Below, piece after piece: positions 10,238-21,457 of a stretch of DNA of 64,000 nucleotides; the stretch's first letter is position 1, and the number at the start of each line of letters is the position of its first letter. The notes below the pieces were generated by a model. That model was not told the DNA's origin. It saw only the letters and a list, made by a program, of their open reading frames with translations, and ran no database searches. Origin of the DNA: Waterburya sp. (GTDB taxonomy: Bacteria > Cyanobacteriota > Cyanobacteriia > Cyanobacteriales > Xenococcaceae). The position numbers and the translations under genes are program-made. Location of the stretch: NCBI GenBank assembly GCA_965217895.1, contig CBDCJV010000002.1:1568001-1632000 (forward strand). The letters are read 5' to 3'.

Positions 10238-11572
10238 TCAACGATTCCAAAGATCTTCCCACCATGCAAAGGGTTTAGCTTCGACAAACTTAATACGATC
10301 GCGAATATCTTTAATTTTCCAGCCTGTTAAACTAGCAAGGGACTTAGCTTCACGCTCTTGTCTTTCTTTGACCGACTGTTTATATTCTTTGCCAGCATCG
10401 CAGGTAAGCTTTCCTTTAAAGGGATGGCGAATTACGTATTTGCCTTGGAACAAATTGCGATCGCCTGTTGCTTGAAACTTTAGATCTTCAGGGAATTTAT
10501 CTCGACTATAGCGCACATGAAGACGGGTAATAAATACATTACTACCACCCCAACGATTATTGGGATTTTGCCGATCCAACCAAAATACTCCTGCATCTTT
10601 TAACTCCTCTTGGTTCAAAGGTTCAGCCGAACAAGGATCGCAGCTTCCCATATCCCAGGCATATTCTAAGAAAGCCACCTGTCTATTATTTTTTTCATAA
10701 GACTTTTGGAACATGGCAGTATAAAAGCCTTTAAATTCCTCTTTGACAAATTCAGGCACTTCGCTATCGGTCGGAACTTTTACAGTGCGGTAATTAGTAA
10801 GTTCTACTTGTCCTTTGGGAGAGAGTAAATAAATAATCAAATCTTGGTCGCCTTGAGCGTTCATCATGCCTAAACGAATTGGTAACATAAACTTTGGTGA
10901 CTCAAAGGCTATAGAGATTGGTCTTAATTTCTCGAATCCACTGCTATCAAATTCTTCTAGGTTGACTTTCGCCACAAAGAACTTGAGATTTTGGCGAATA
11001 TAGGGCTGAAGTAATTCCTTTGCACCTTGGGGAATTTTATAGTCATTTTGAATCAGCCAAGTTTCCAAGCCATCAGATTCTTTGGCACTAAGAATTACAA
11101 TGTCATATTCTCCGACGCTAAACTGTTCTTCTACCGTTACCCCTAAATCCGCTGCTGCTTTTCTTTGTGTAGGTGATGGAAAGGGTGCTGACGATATTTG
11201 TTGCCGATCAGTTTCTCCGTAAGCTCTAACTTCACAAGGATCATCATCAAAATACTCTACCAATCTTGGCGCACTAAAATCATCCAGTCGTTGCAGGATT
11301 TTTCCTTCGCCGACATGAACCTGTTCCTTTTTTAAGACAACAGGTACAGGGACGACCATCGCAAAGTCTTTTACTTCACCCTGATAGTCGTTGGACATAG
11401 TTAAAACAGTCCTGTCCCCATCTCTAGCGATGATTACCTGAGAAGCCTGGTTATATAGACTGCTATCGGCTTTTGCGACATAGAAGCCACAGAAAGCCAG
11501 CGCGGGTTTGATGCCGAAGATAAATATTACAAATGTTAATAAGCAGGAGAATAAAATTCTAAATATTTTCAT
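10238..11572 (-). CDS. DUF2330 domain-containing secreted protein
   Basis: Signal peptide then AFCGFYVAKAD; FAMVVPVP, APRLVEYFD, LTRLH-like motifs. Confidence 0.9.
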   Translation of the reverse strand: MKIFRILFSCLLTFVIFIFGIKPALAFCGFYVAKADSSLYNQASQVIIARDGDRTVLTMSNDYQGEVKDFAMVVPVPVVLKKEQVHVGEGKILQRLDDFSAPRLVEYFDDDPCEVRAYGETDRQQISSAPFPSPTQRKAAADLGVTVEEQFSVGEYDIVILSAKESDGLETWLIQNDYKIPQGAKELLQPYIRQNLKFFVAKVNLEEFDSSGFEKLRPISIAFESPKFMLPIRLGMMNAQGDQDLIIYLLSPKGQVELTNYRTVKVPTDSEVPEFVKEEFKGFYTAMFQKSYEKNNRQVAFLEYAWDMGSCDPCSAEPLNQEELKDAGVFWLDRQNPNNRWGGSNVFITRLHVRYSRDKFPEDLKFQATGDRNLFQGKYVIRHPFKGKLTCDAGKEYKQSVKERQEREAKSLASLTGWKIKDIRDRIKFVEAKPFAWWEDLWNR

Positions 11573-11601
11573 GGTTAGAAATGGTTATCTAATCGCTATT
11601 T

Positions 11602-11660
11602 GGTGGGCAACAAAAGCTTGTTATTCGATAGATAGCAAATTGAGGTTTTGCCCACCCTAC
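11602..11660. repeat. REP-like inverted repeat GGTGGGCA...TGCCCACCCTAC (second family)
   Basis: Inverted arms with variable spacer; relatives at 17227 and 36829. Confidence 0.75.
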
Positions 11661-11688
11661 AATCTACTAATTTTGTTGGGTTAGCAAG

Positions 11689-12564
11689 TTAGGTTGTGAT
11701 CGGTAATTTTGATTCCCGCAACCAATTAAACCTAGGTGCAGACCAGATCGTGTCTAATAAGACTGTTAGAGGAGAAATGATAAACAACGACCAGAAAATC
11801 GCTGTAGAAAGATAGAAATAGTGTTGCAGAATAAAGGTAGAAAATGCGATCGCCATACTCCAAATCAATCTACCAGTCTTAGAATCGGGTATAGATCGCG
11901 GATCGGTCAGCATAAACAAAGCAAACAGCAACAGGCTACCACTCATAAACTGATGCTGCCAGACATCCCAACTCCAGCCCAGCCACAGGTTACGCACTGC
12001 TTCTAAAGTGCCGTAAGCAAGTAGAAATGCGATCGAGGTGTCCCAACGACCAACTTGTTTTAAGATAACGCCACCTAAGCCCAGAAACAGCAATAGATAC
12101 CACCAGTCTGTACCCCATTGACCAGGAGAAATCCAAGCATCATTAGTGAGTGTAATCGCTGCGATAATGCCAAAATTAGCGGGGTTAAAGAAGTGTTTAT
12201 GGTGGTGACGAAAAAGAAATTTACTTGAGATTGCTAAAAAACCGGCAATCATCATTGTTTGAGGACTATTACTCCGCAGCAGCAGACATAAACCCAGGGA
12301 AGTAATTAAGGCACTACGGAGAGAAGTTAATACTTTAGAACTAACAAGAATATTTAATTCGCTATAAATATTATCTAGGGTGTATTCTCTGCTTTGTTTA
12401 GCATATTCCACTACTGCCGATAACAGCCACTGGGTAACTAAACAGCTAGCTACCACAACCAATATAAGATCGGGCTGTATTGTCCAATCCCTAGTGCTAA
12501 CACCTAAAAATAGAAATAAACTGAGAAAAATAATTTGCGTTACGCGGGCATCTTTAATTAGCAT
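11689..12564 (-). CDS. RnfD/NqrB-like integral membrane protein (stand-alone)
   Basis: SKFLF...HFFNPANFG and FALFMLTDPRS motifs. Confidence 0.8.
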   Translation of the reverse strand: MLIKDARVTQIIFLSLFLFLGVSTRDWTIQPDLILVVVASCLVTQWLLSAVVEYAKQSREYTLDNIYSELNILVSSKVLTSLRSALITSLGLCLLLRSNSPQTMMIAGFLAISSKFLFRHHHKHFFNPANFGIIAAITLTNDAWISPGQWGTDWWYLLLFLGLGGVILKQVGRWDTSIAFLLAYGTLEAVRNLWLGWSWDVWQHQFMSGSLLLFALFMLTDPRSIPDSKTGRLIWSMAIAFSTFILQHYFYLSTAIFWSLFIISPLTVLLDTIWSAPRFNWLRESKLPITT

Positions 12565-13109
12565 TGATTAGTAATAAATAACAAATTAATCAACGCCTCT
12601 AGTATGTCTGCTGCAATTTTAAAATGGGTCAACGTTACCGTTTTTGTAACATAGAGCTATTTGTACAATTTTCTTGAATCCTTGATTAAGCAAGTCAAAA
12701 GTCAAAAGCCAAAAGTATTAATTTTTGATTTAAAATGAGCATCGATAAAAAACTTTTCAGGAATTTTCTTCCGCTTCGAGATCTTTGATTAAACTATTTT
12801 GTTTACGAATATGAATTAAAAAAATCACCAGGGAATAACAACTGTATACCCAAAATCCGCTATATATCAGTAAAATCAGCCAGGATTCAGGACTATCTAA
12901 ATTAAAGCTAGATGTATTAAACTGCATTTGGCTTCCTCTAAAACGTCTCTTTTTTTAAGTTACCCGATCGCTCCTAAAGTCTATGTTTTGAGCAATACTA
13001 ATTCAGCAATTTTTAGTTAATTTAAATTTCTTCGGGTACTGGCTGTGAATTGGGTGCAAATTTTCTTAAACTAGATCACGATAGAGTAATAAAAGTTAAA
13101 ATAGTAAAT

Positions 13110-13763
13110 ATGTCAGATAATACCGCACGCGATCGCTTTCGCGCAGCCTACGAAAACCGTTACACCTGGGATAGTAATTTCCCTGGCTACACTACCAAGC
13201 TAGAGCTAAAGCAAGGAGACGAAGTATATACGGCAGACATTAAAGTTAATCGTGACTTGTCTGTAGACGTTACTGGTATTGAAGATGAGAAGGTATCAGA
13301 AAGCGTCTATAACCACATGAGAGATGTGATTACCCACCGCAAGCGCAATACCTTTGAAAATGCCCACGGTAAAAGTACTTTCACTTTGGGTGAAGAAGAT
13401 GCTTCTGGTGCAGTAGAAATTTTGGTTAAGGGAGATTCTATGGGATCTAACTACAAAATTCGCGGTACAGAAATATCTCAGGTTAGCCGTGTTATGGGGC
13501 CAATGGCTTTTGTGATTAACACCAACGAAAGTTTGGACACTGGAGAAGGCTATATTTCTACTGGTTACAATGCAATTTTCCGCGACTCGAAAACCAATAA
13601 TTTAAAAGCTAAACGGGAGTTTAACGAAAGCTATGAAAAGTTAGGTAACTACTATGTTCCTAAACATCAGGTTATTGAATCTATCGATCCAGATAACGAT
13701 AAAATCATCACTGAGTTTAGCTTCTCGGAAACTAAGTTATTAGAACCCGCAGCAGTCGCGTAA
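13110..13763 (+). CDS. DUF3386 domain-containing protein
   Basis: ARDRFRAAYENRYTWDSNFPGY signature; ATG 13110 preferred over TTG 13050. Confidence 0.85.
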   Translation: MSDNTARDRFRAAYENRYTWDSNFPGYTTKLELKQGDEVYTADIKVNRDLSVDVTGIEDEKVSESVYNHMRDVITHRKRNTFENAHGKSTFTLGEEDASGAVEILVKGDSMGSNYKIRGTEISQVSRVMGPMAFVINTNESLDTGEGYISTGYNAIFRDSKTNNLKAKREFNESYEKLGNYYVPKHQVIESIDPDNDKIITEFSFSETKLLEPAAVA

Positions 13764-13825
13764 ATTTTTCTTACTACAAGCTAGGATAAGTTTATAGTAA
13801 TACAAATAAATCAACTGAGTAAATT

Positions 13826-14062
13826 ATGTCATTAGCATTAACTCAAGATAACGTAGAAACCGTCTTAGACGAACTGCGTCCTTATCTTATGGCTGACGGC
13901 GGTAACGTCGAATTAGCTGAAATTGAAGGGCCTATTGTGAAATTAAGATTACAGGGTGCTTGTGGTTCTTGTCCTAGTTCGGCAATGACCCTCAAAATGG
14001 GTATTGAACGTCGTCTAAGAGAAAAAATTCCCGAAATCGTTGAAGTAGAACAAGTGGTTTAG
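13826..14062 (+). CDS. nfuA: NifU C-terminal (Nfu) Fe-S scaffold protein
   Basis: [13 protein letters not shown]...GACGSCPSS. Confidence 0.95.
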   Translation: MSLALTQDNVETVLDELRPYLMADGGNVELAEIEGPIVKLRLQGACGSCPSSAMTLKMGIERRLREKIPEIVEVEQVV

Positions 14063-14117
14063 AAAGCCATTATCTATTAGCCTTTAGCCTGTATCAAGCT
14101 AATAAATATTTTAAATG

Positions 14118-14148
14118 GAGGGATGATTAGATTTTATCCCTCTTTTTT
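14118..14148 (+). terminator. Intrinsic terminator
   Basis: GAGGGAT...ATCCCTC followed by T6. Confidence 0.7.
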
Positions 14149-14166
14149 GTCTATGCACACGGCGTA

Positions 14167-15333
14167 TTATTCAGTTGTTTTAGCTAACAATCCACCTGCT
14201 GCGCCTAAACCTAATAAATTTGGCAACCATGCTGCTAGCCAAGGAGGGACAACCCCCGAAATTCCCATTGATTGAGAAATAAAAGATACAAGATAATAAG
14301 CAAAAATTAGTCCAATACAGATACCGAAACTCGTGGTTTTACCTGAGTTTTGAGGAATAACACCCAGGGCGGCACCGATTAAGGCAAATACCACACAAGC
14401 AAAAGGGATCGCAATTTTTTCTTGAATCCGAACTTGCCATTTACGAACTCTCTGTTCATCAGCACTACGTTTAATTATTTTTAAATATTTCCTAGCTTCA
14501 AAGATATTCATTTCATCGGTGTTTTTGCCTTCTTTAGTAATATCTAGAGCAGTTTTAGGAAGTGCCAGTTGTTGATGCTGAAAACGCACTATGTTGTTGT
14601 AGCTACCGTCTATGCCAACTAAATAAATTGTGCCATTGTAAAAGTCCCAAATATTTTCTAACACATTCCATTTAGCCGATCGCGCCGTGACGATTTGACT
14701 AACCGAGCCGCGAGAACGATCTAATACCGTTAGGTTTTTCATTTGCTCACCGTCAAATTCTTCGGCATAAAACAACCGCGTTAGTACTTCTTTGGTTCGA
14801 TCTCCCTTTATGGGAATTTCTGTATATTCGTCATATAAAATATTCTCAGTCTTAAAATTAGGTTTAGTTTCTCCGAGTGCTTTTTCGAGGGTGACTGAAG
14901 CCTGATAATTGGCAGCAGGAGCAATAAAATTATTAAATACAAAGGCAAGGGCAACAATACACAAGCTAAAGGCGATCGCTGGCATAATTAAACGATAAAT
15001 ATTAACCCCAACACTACGTAGGGCGATTAATTCGCTATCGTTAGATAAACGGCTATAGCTCATTAGCGTCGCTAGCAAGATAGACATAGGAAACGCCAGT
15101 ACAATAAATCCTGGCATTTTCAAAATCAGCACCTTAACAGCTACTCCCCAAAATAAGCCTGAATCAGTGACTTTGCGAATCAATTCAAATACTGCGCCAA
15201 TAGATAAACCCAAGGAAGTAAAAATTCCCATGCCAAACAGAAACGGTAAAATTAACTCCTTGACGATGTAGAGGTTCATCACCGACAAACCTAAACTTGC
15301 TCGCTCAAATCGCTTAACTGCACCGATTTTCAT
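14167..15333 (-). CDS. LptF/LptG (YjgP/YjgQ) family permease
   Basis: SRLSNDSELIALRSVG and AAWLPN motifs; 3+3 TM layout. Confidence 0.9.
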   Translation of the reverse strand: MKIGAVKRFERASLGLSVMNLYIVKELILPFLFGMGIFTSLGLSIGAVFELIRKVTDSGLFWGVAVKVLILKMPGFIVLAFPMSILLATLMSYSRLSNDSELIALRSVGVNIYRLIMPAIAFSLCIVALAFVFNNFIAPAANYQASVTLEKALGETKPNFKTENILYDEYTEIPIKGDRTKEVLTRLFYAEEFDGEQMKNLTVLDRSRGSVSQIVTARSAKWNVLENIWDFYNGTIYLVGIDGSYNNIVRFQHQQLALPKTALDITKEGKNTDEMNIFEARKYLKIIKRSADEQRVRKWQVRIQEKIAIPFACVVFALIGAALGVIPQNSGKTTSFGICIGLIFAYYLVSFISQSMGISGVVPPWLAAWLPNLLGLGAAGGLLAKTTE

Positions 15334-15406
15334 ATTTTAGAACTGAAGAAAATTTAGCTGTAGCCTAACCTTTATTTTGCTATTTATTGGTAATCTTTGA
15401 CTTTTT

Positions 15407-15781
15407 TTACCGAGCGTTTTTATAACGACGATTACAAATTATCTTTAGTTCTTTTTGATGTTTCCAAGCCCAATCTGCCAAAACTTCTATAGGCTCAATT
15501 AACTTATCACCAAAAATAGTCAAATTGTACTCTGTCTTGGGAGGGATGACGGCATAAACCTTCCGCCTTACAATCTTATCGGATTCTAACCTTCTCAATG
15601 TTTGAGTCAGCATTTTTTTAGAAATCCCAGGAATTTCTCGCTGTAGCTCACTATACCGTTTAGTGTCTTGTTTTAAGACATACAAGACTGGCAATGTCCA
15701 TTTGTCACCCACAATATTGATTAGCTGACGTACTGGGCAATCTCTATCTAGGAGGGGTTCTTGTTCTTCCTTGGAAACCAT
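15407..15781 (-). CDS. HxlR-family winged-helix transcriptional regulator
   Basis: CPVRQLINIVGDKWT, ISKKMLTQTLRRLE, PPKTEYNLT. Confidence 0.95.
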   Translation of the reverse strand: MVSKEEQEPLLDRDCPVRQLINIVGDKWTLPVLYVLKQDTKRYSELQREIPGISKKMLTQTLRRLESDKIVRRKVYAVIPPKTEYNLTIFGDKLIEPIEVLADWAWKHQKELKIICNRRYKNAR

Positions 15782-15882
15782 AGGGTAACTATAATACTAA
15801 ACAGTACCTACTTGCGATTAAGAGTCTATCTGCGTCATATTATAGACCAGGGATAAAGTTTTAATTATATATTTATATTGCT

Positions 15883-17226
15883 ATGAGACATAATAGTGCA
15901 ATCGCCAGCAAAACTATTAGCGTATCCTTATTATTTTTTGCTTTAGCAGGCTGTGGCAAAAAGCCAGAAGCTCAAGCTCCCCCGCCCCCGGCTGCTGTAG
16001 AGGTCAAAGATTTAAGTAAGTCTACTGTACAAACTGGCTCTGAATATGTAGGTAACCTAGAAGCAAAACAAAGAGTAGCTCTCGCCCCCAGAGTTGCTGG
16101 TAGAATTATCAATATTGTTGCTCGAGAGGGAGATCCAGTCAAAAAAGGAGATCTGATTGTTGAACTGCAATTAAACCAAGAGCAGGGACAAGTTAATGCT
16201 GCTGAGTCTGAAGTAAACATTCAGCGAGCTAACGTCAATAGTGCTGAGGCAGATTTAAGAGGCGCACAGGCAGAAGTAGCTCAAGCTGAAGCAGCAGTTG
16301 AGCAAAGTAAAGCAGACTTGGAAGAGCAACAAGCCCAATTCAAATCAGCCAAAACTGACCTAGGCAGGAGTCAGTTTTTAGTCAAAGAAGGGGCGCAGTC
16401 CCAACAGATTTTAGACGATCGCACCAGGGACGTAAATGCGGCACAAGCAAAAAGTAATGCTTTAAAAGCGGCAGTCAATTCTAGTCAAAAAGCTCTTGGT
16501 GCAGCACAGCAAAAAGTTGAATCCGCCAGATCGGCGATCGCTGGACAACAGGCTGCTCTAAAACAAGCACAAACAAGAGTAGGCATTGCTAATGACACTC
16601 TTGACTATAATCGACTTACTGCACCTATAGATGGGACAGTGGGCAATATTCAGCCCAAAGTGGGTGATTATGTTCAGGTAGGACAGCAAATAACCAGCAT
16701 CACTAAAGATGATGCTTTTGAGCTAAACATTAGCGTTCCTATAGAGCAGGTTTCTAAGCTAAAAAGCGGTTTACCCGTTGAGATTATCGACCCCCAAGGA
16801 AAAACGATCTCCAAAGGAAGTATTAGCTTTATTTCACCAAAAACTGATAGAAGTAGTCAGGGGATTTTGGTTAAGGCAGCATTCAATAACGACGGTAGAT
16901 TAAGAGACGATAGTTTTGCTAGAGCTAGAATAATATGGTCACAAAAGCCAGGGCTTCTAATTCCCACTGAAGCGGTATCTAGTATTGCAGGCAGAGACTT
17001 TGTTTTTGTGGCGGTAGAGAAAAAACAAAAAGATGGTTCAACTGCTATGGTTGCCAAACAAAAGCCTGTGGAGCTAGGAGAGATTCAAGGCCAGTCTTAT
17101 CAAGTAATTTCTGGGTTAGAGTCAGGGGACAAATTAATTACCTCTGGCATTCTTAATCTAGCCGATGGTATGCCGATCAATCCTGGAGAAGAAACCGCCA
17201 CCAGTAAAGCAGTGAGTAGTAAGTAG
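15883..17226 (+). CDS. RND efflux periplasmic adaptor (membrane fusion lipoprotein)
   Basis: Lipobox LAGC, lipoyl halves, long coiled coil, APIDG motif. Confidence 0.95.
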   Translation: MRHNSAIASKTISVSLLFFALAGCGKKPEAQAPPPPAAVEVKDLSKSTVQTGSEYVGNLEAKQRVALAPRVAGRIINIVAREGDPVKKGDLIVELQLNQEQGQVNAAESEVNIQRANVNSAEADLRGAQAEVAQAEAAVEQSKADLEEQQAQFKSAKTDLGRSQFLVKEGAQSQQILDDRTRDVNAAQAKSNALKAAVNSSQKALGAAQQKVESARSAIAGQQAALKQAQTRVGIANDTLDYNRLTAPIDGTVGNIQPKVGDYVQVGQQITSITKDDAFELNISVPIEQVSKLKSGLPVEIIDPQGKTISKGSISFISPKTDRSSQGILVKAAFNNDGRLRDDSFARARIIWSQKPGLLIPTEAVSSIAGRDFVFVAVEKKQKDGSTAMVAKQKPVELGEIQGQSYQVISGLESGDKLITSGILNLADGMPINPGEETATSKAVSSK

Positions 17227-17296
17227 ATAGGGTGGGCAAACCTAAAAATGAAGTCAAATAAATAACGTACTGGAAAAACATCCTTGCCCACCTCAC
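17227..17296. repeat. REP-like inverted repeat (GGTGGGCA family) inside the RND operon
   Basis: ATAGGGTGGGCAAA...CCTTGCCCACCTCAC. Confidence 0.7.
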
Positions 17297-17357
17297 AAGA
17301 TTAAAACCCGACGCTTGGGGTTAATCAGTAATCAGTAATCAATAACTAGTAATTAAA

Positions 17358-20300
17358 ATGCTTCTGAGTATCTCTGACCCATTTATCAAACGTCCAGTTT
17401 TAACGACAGTTTGCGCTGCCATTATTGTGATCGTGGGAGCAATAAGCATTCCTATGTTGCCTATTTCTCAATTACCCCAGATAGCCCCAATTCAAGTCGA
17501 AGTAAGTTCGACTTATATTGGCGCAGATGCAGAAACCGCTGAGACCAACGTTACCACCATTATTGAACGAGAAATCAATGGGGTGGAAAACATGAGCTAT
17601 ATCTCCTCCAACACTAGTAATGATGGTGTCAGCAATATCACAGTTTCTTTCCCTCCAGATGTAGACCGCGACATTGCTCAGGTAAATGTGCAAAACAGAG
17701 AGGCTTTATCAGAAGCGCGGTTGCCAAGCGTTGTGCAACAAACTGGTGTAACGGTACAAAAATCATCTCCAGACTTGCTGTTGGGGATTGCCTTTTTTGC
17801 GGAAAACGGCGAATATGACGACCTGTTTATCAGTAACTATCTCGATCTTTATTTACTCGATCAGGTGAAAAGAATCGAAGGGGTAGGACGGGCAGTTATT
17901 TTTGGCGAAAGAAAATACGCCATGCGTCTCTGGCTCGATCCTGATGCTTTGGCTGCACGTAATTTAGGGCCACAAGATGTAGCTGATGCCCTAGAAGAAC
18001 AAAACATTCAGGTGGGTGCAGGAAGCATTGGTAAACAACCAACCCAAGACAATCAAAGGTTTGAATTTACGCTGCGGGCGAGCGGTAGATTAAAAAGTGC
18101 TGAAGAATTTAGCAATTTAATAGTTGCTACAGGAGAAAACGGTAATTTAATTAGGCTACAGGATATTGGTAGAGCGGAATTAGGCGCGGAGAACTATAAT
18201 ACTTCAGCAAAATTTAAGGGTAAACCTGCGGTGGGGATGGGGGTATTTCAACTTCCAGGCAGTAATGCCTTACAGGTTGGTGGCGCAATTAAAGAAGCCG
18301 TTGCCGAACTAGCTAAAAACTTCCCCCCAGGAATGACATACGAAATTGCCTTGGATACCACAGAATTTGTCCAAGTATCTATGGAAGAAGTGATCATAAC
18401 TTTGGTGCAGGCGATTTTGCTGGTAGTTTTAATCATTTTTATCTTCCTACAAGACTGGCGCACCATGATTATTCCAGCGATCGCCATTCCCGTATCTTTA
18501 GTTGGTGCTTTTATCTTCCTCAATATTTTTGGCTTTCAAATTAACACCCTGACTCTATTTGCGATGGTGCTGTCTACAGGCTTAGTGGTAGATGATGCAA
18601 TTGTGGTAGTAGAAGCGATCGCTACTAAGGTCGAACGAGGCATGAAGCCGCGTATTGCAGCAGTCGATACCATGAACGAGTTGAGCGGAGCGGTAATTGC
18701 GACCTCGTTGGTCTTGATGGCAGTATTTATTCCCGTGTCTTTCTTTCCTGGTTCAACGGGGGTAATTTTCAAACAGTTTGCCTTAACGATTGTCTTTGCG
18801 ATCGCGCTTTCAACCTTTAATGCCCTTAGCTTTTCCCCCACCATAGCAGGTATTCTATTACGCCCGCCCAAAGAAAGAAGAGGTATTTTGGGCAAGTTTT
18901 TTAATAAGTTTAATCAGGGTTTTGACTGGATTAATGTTAAGTACACCCAAGGTATTACCTTTTTATCAAAAAAAATCGTCCGTCCTTTTATAGTAGCGGG
19001 TTTTACCGCTCTAATTATCTTCACCTACTTTCTCTATAGCTCAATTCCTACAGGCTTTATCCCAGAAGAAGATCAAGGCTATTTTTATACCATTGTTCAA
19101 GCACCTGATGGCGTATCTTTAAACTACACCCAGGACATAATGGAACAGGTAGGCAATAAAATGAGCCAAATTCCAGATATTAGCAGCTATTTTGCCTTAA
19201 GTGGTTTTGGTTTTGAAGGTAACGGTAGCAGTCGCGGTTTTGTTTTTAGTAAGCTCAAGCCTTGGGACGATCGACCAAACCAAGACCAGTCAATTTATTC
19301 AATTCTTGGTCGTCTTAATGCTTCACTCGGCGAGATTAAAGGTGCTAGAGCCTTGGCGGTTAATGCTCCACCTGTTAGGGGTTTAAGTACCTTTGGCGGA
19401 TTTGAATTTGAACTTCAGGATCGTGTTGGTTTGCCGATCTCAGCCCTGGTGGAAAATTCCAACAAAATGATTGCTGCTGCCAACCAAAGACCAGAAATTG
19501 GCGCAGCATTTACCCAATTTGTAGCCAATACGCCCCAAATTGAGGTGAATGTAAATCGCGATCGCGCTAAAGCAATTGGCGTTAATATCGACGACATATT
19601 TAATACTCTCCAGTCTTATCTCGGTTCTAGATACGTTAATGATTTTGTCCTAGGACAAAGACAATACCGCGTCTATATTCAGGCAGACGGTAATTTTCGC
19701 TCTAACCCGCAGGATATCAATAAGCTCTATGTTAAATCCGCCAGCGGACAGTCAGTCTCTTTAGGTACTCTAGTCCAGCTTAAAAAATTTACAGGACCTT
19801 CAACTATTACTCACTACAACCTTTTCCGCGCTATCAAAATTCAAGGATCTCCCGCCCCTGGCTTTAGTACAGGACAGGCAATCAAAGCCATGGAAGAAGC
19901 AGCAGCAGAAACTTTACCTACTAGCTTGGGGTATGAGTGGACTGGTACAGCTTTACAAGAAAAATCCGCTGGGGGACAGTCGGGACTGATCTTTGGCTTG
20001 GGCTTATTGATGGCGTTTTTAGTCCTTGCTGCTCAATACGAAAGCTATGTAGACCCGATTATTATCATGCTAACCGTACCTTTAGCAGTCCTAGGTGCGA
20101 TCTCAGCTATTTGGTTTCGAGCTAATATCCTCCAGGCTGGCAGTATTTGGCCGCTCATTAACAACGATGTTTATGTTCAGGTTGGTTTGGTAATGTTGAT
20201 TGGGCTAGCTAGTAAAAACGCAATTCTAATTGTGGAATATGCTAACCAGTTAAAAGCCCAGGGACTAAATACGGTCAAAGCAGCGATTAGAGCAGGGCAA

Positions 20301-20630
20301 GAGCGTTTTCGACCCATTTTAATGACGGCCATCTCTAGTTTGGTTGGTTTTTATCCTTTGGTAGTAGCCACAGGCGCGGGTGCATCTAGCCGTTGGTCAC
20401 TAGGGACAGCCGTATTTGGGGGATTGCTCTTTGCTACGGTCTTGAGTTTATTCTTAGTTCCTTCTTTATATATCGTCATCAAAAGTCTAGAATCTTTTTT
20501 CACAAAAGATAAAGACTCTGGAAATAATGGCAATGGCAAGACTAATGATTCTAATCATGGTCGCCTTGCACCCAAGGAAACATCGGCAACAGACCTAGCT
20601 CCTAACTATCAACTCGATTCAAATCAGTAA
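17358..20630 (+). CDS. HAE1/AcrB-family RND efflux permease
   Basis: FIKRPV, GLVVDDAIVVVE, GLASKNAILIVE, RFRPILMT. Confidence 0.95.
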   Translation: MLLSISDPFIKRPVLTTVCAAIIVIVGAISIPMLPISQLPQIAPIQVEVSSTYIGADAETAETNVTTIIEREINGVENMSYISSNTSNDGVSNITVSFPPDVDRDIAQVNVQNREALSEARLPSVVQQTGVTVQKSSPDLLLGIAFFAENGEYDDLFISNYLDLYLLDQVKRIEGVGRAVIFGERKYAMRLWLDPDALAARNLGPQDVADALEEQNIQVGAGSIGKQPTQDNQRFEFTLRASGRLKSAEEFSNLIVATGENGNLIRLQDIGRAELGAENYNTSAKFKGKPAVGMGVFQLPGSNALQVGGAIKEAVAELAKNFPPGMTYEIALDTTEFVQVSMEEVIITLVQAILLVVLIIFIFLQDWRTMIIPAIAIPVSLVGAFIFLNIFGFQINTLTLFAMVLSTGLVVDDAIVVVEAIATKVERGMKPRIAAVDTMNELSGAVIATSLVLMAVFIPVSFFPGSTGVIFKQFALTIVFAIALSTFNALSFSPTIAGILLRPPKERRGILGKFFNKFNQGFDWINVKYTQGITFLSKKIVRPFIVAGFTALIIFTYFLYSSIPTGFIPEEDQGYFYTIVQAPDGVSLNYTQDIMEQVGNKMSQIPDISSYFALSGFGFEGNGSSRGFVFSKLKPWDDRPNQDQSIYSILGRLNASLGEIKGARALAVNAPPVRGLSTFGGFEFELQDRVGLPISALVENSNKMIAAANQRPEIGAAFTQFVANTPQIEVNVNRDRAKAIGVNIDDIFNTLQSYLGSRYVNDFVLGQRQYRVYIQADGNFRSNPQDINKLYVKSASGQSVSLGTLVQLKKFTGPSTITHYNLFRAIKIQGSPAPGFSTGQAIKAMEEAAAETLPTSLGYEWTGTALQEKSAGGQSGLIFGLGLLMAFLVLAAQYESYVDPIIIMLTVPLAVLGAISAIWFRANILQAGSIWPLINNDVYVQVGLVMLIGLASKNAILIVEYANQLKAQGLNTVKAAIRAGQERFRPILMTAISSLVGFYPLVVATGAGASSRWSLGTAVFGGLLFATVLSLFLVPSLYIVIKSLESFFTKDKDSGNNGNGKTNDSNHGRLAPKETSATDLAPNYQLDSNQ

Positions 20631-20767
20631 AATAACTTTTTACCGCCCTGAAGTGATTGGTAATTTTTAAGCAATAAGCTTTTACAAGTAGCAATTAGTA
20701 ATTAAGAAAGTCTGAACTTGCTACTTGCTACTTGTTATCTGCTACTTGTAAGATGATGCTGTTTAGT

Positions 20768-21457
20768 TTACAGAAGAAATTCAATTTTTTCTTGAGCCTG
20801 ACGATGTAATTTCCCTGCAATTCTAAATATTTCTTGACCTGTATGTAAATACTGATCGTTATAGTTCATAGTGAAACACTTTAATTCTTTGATACCGTCA
20901 CCGATCTGGTTCAGACAATAGTAAAGATTAGCTGCTACTGCTGCTACTTGAGGCGGATTTGGCTGAGAGGCTTGCTTTTGCTGTGCTTGTTCCCAATAAT
21001 CGTTGCAGGTATCTAAGTAAGTCTCAAAATCTCCCATTAATATGTCATCAAAAGGATCTGCTGCTAACTTTTCGATTTCTATCTTTAGAGGATGAAGAAT
21101 CTTGGCTACCAAATAATCAATAGGAAGATAAACTTCTCTCAACCATTGCTGATAGCTGATTTCTGGACGACCAGCTGCTTTATGTCGGCGATACTGTTGT
21201 TGTGCTGCTGCATTTCTTGCCTGTCGGTCAGCAAAAAAGTCGTTAGTTTGACCAAGTTGTTGCTGTCGATCGTATAAGCGTCGGCTACGGCGATCGCCTA
21301 GTATTTCATAAGCAGCATTAAGAGCAATAATTCTGTCACAGTCTTGGTTTTCTGATTGGCTATCGGGATGAAACTGCTTGGCTAAACGACGATATGCCAG
21401 CTTAATTTCTTGCTGGGTGGCTTTGGAGTTAAGTTGGAGTGTTTGATAATGATTCAC
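20768..21457 (-). CDS. DnaJ-domain protein
   Basis: N-terminal J domain with HPD (AYRRLAKQFHPD). Confidence 0.9.
   Translation of the reverse strand: MNHYQTLQLNSKATQQEIKLAYRRLAKQFHPDSQSENQDCDRIIALNAAYEILGDRRSRRLYDRQQQLGQTNDFFADRQARNAAAQQQYRRHKAAGRPEISYQQWLREVYLPIDYLVAKILHPLKIEIEKLAADPFDDILMGDFETYLDTCNDYWEQAQQKQASQPNPPQVAAVAANLYYCLNQIGDGIKELKCFTMNYNDQYLHTGQEIFRIAGKLHRQAQEKIEFLL

Noticed and set aside
15785..15815. HxlR operator candidate (TACTAAACAGTA region)
   Set aside because: Palindrome too short and AT-rich to call with confidence
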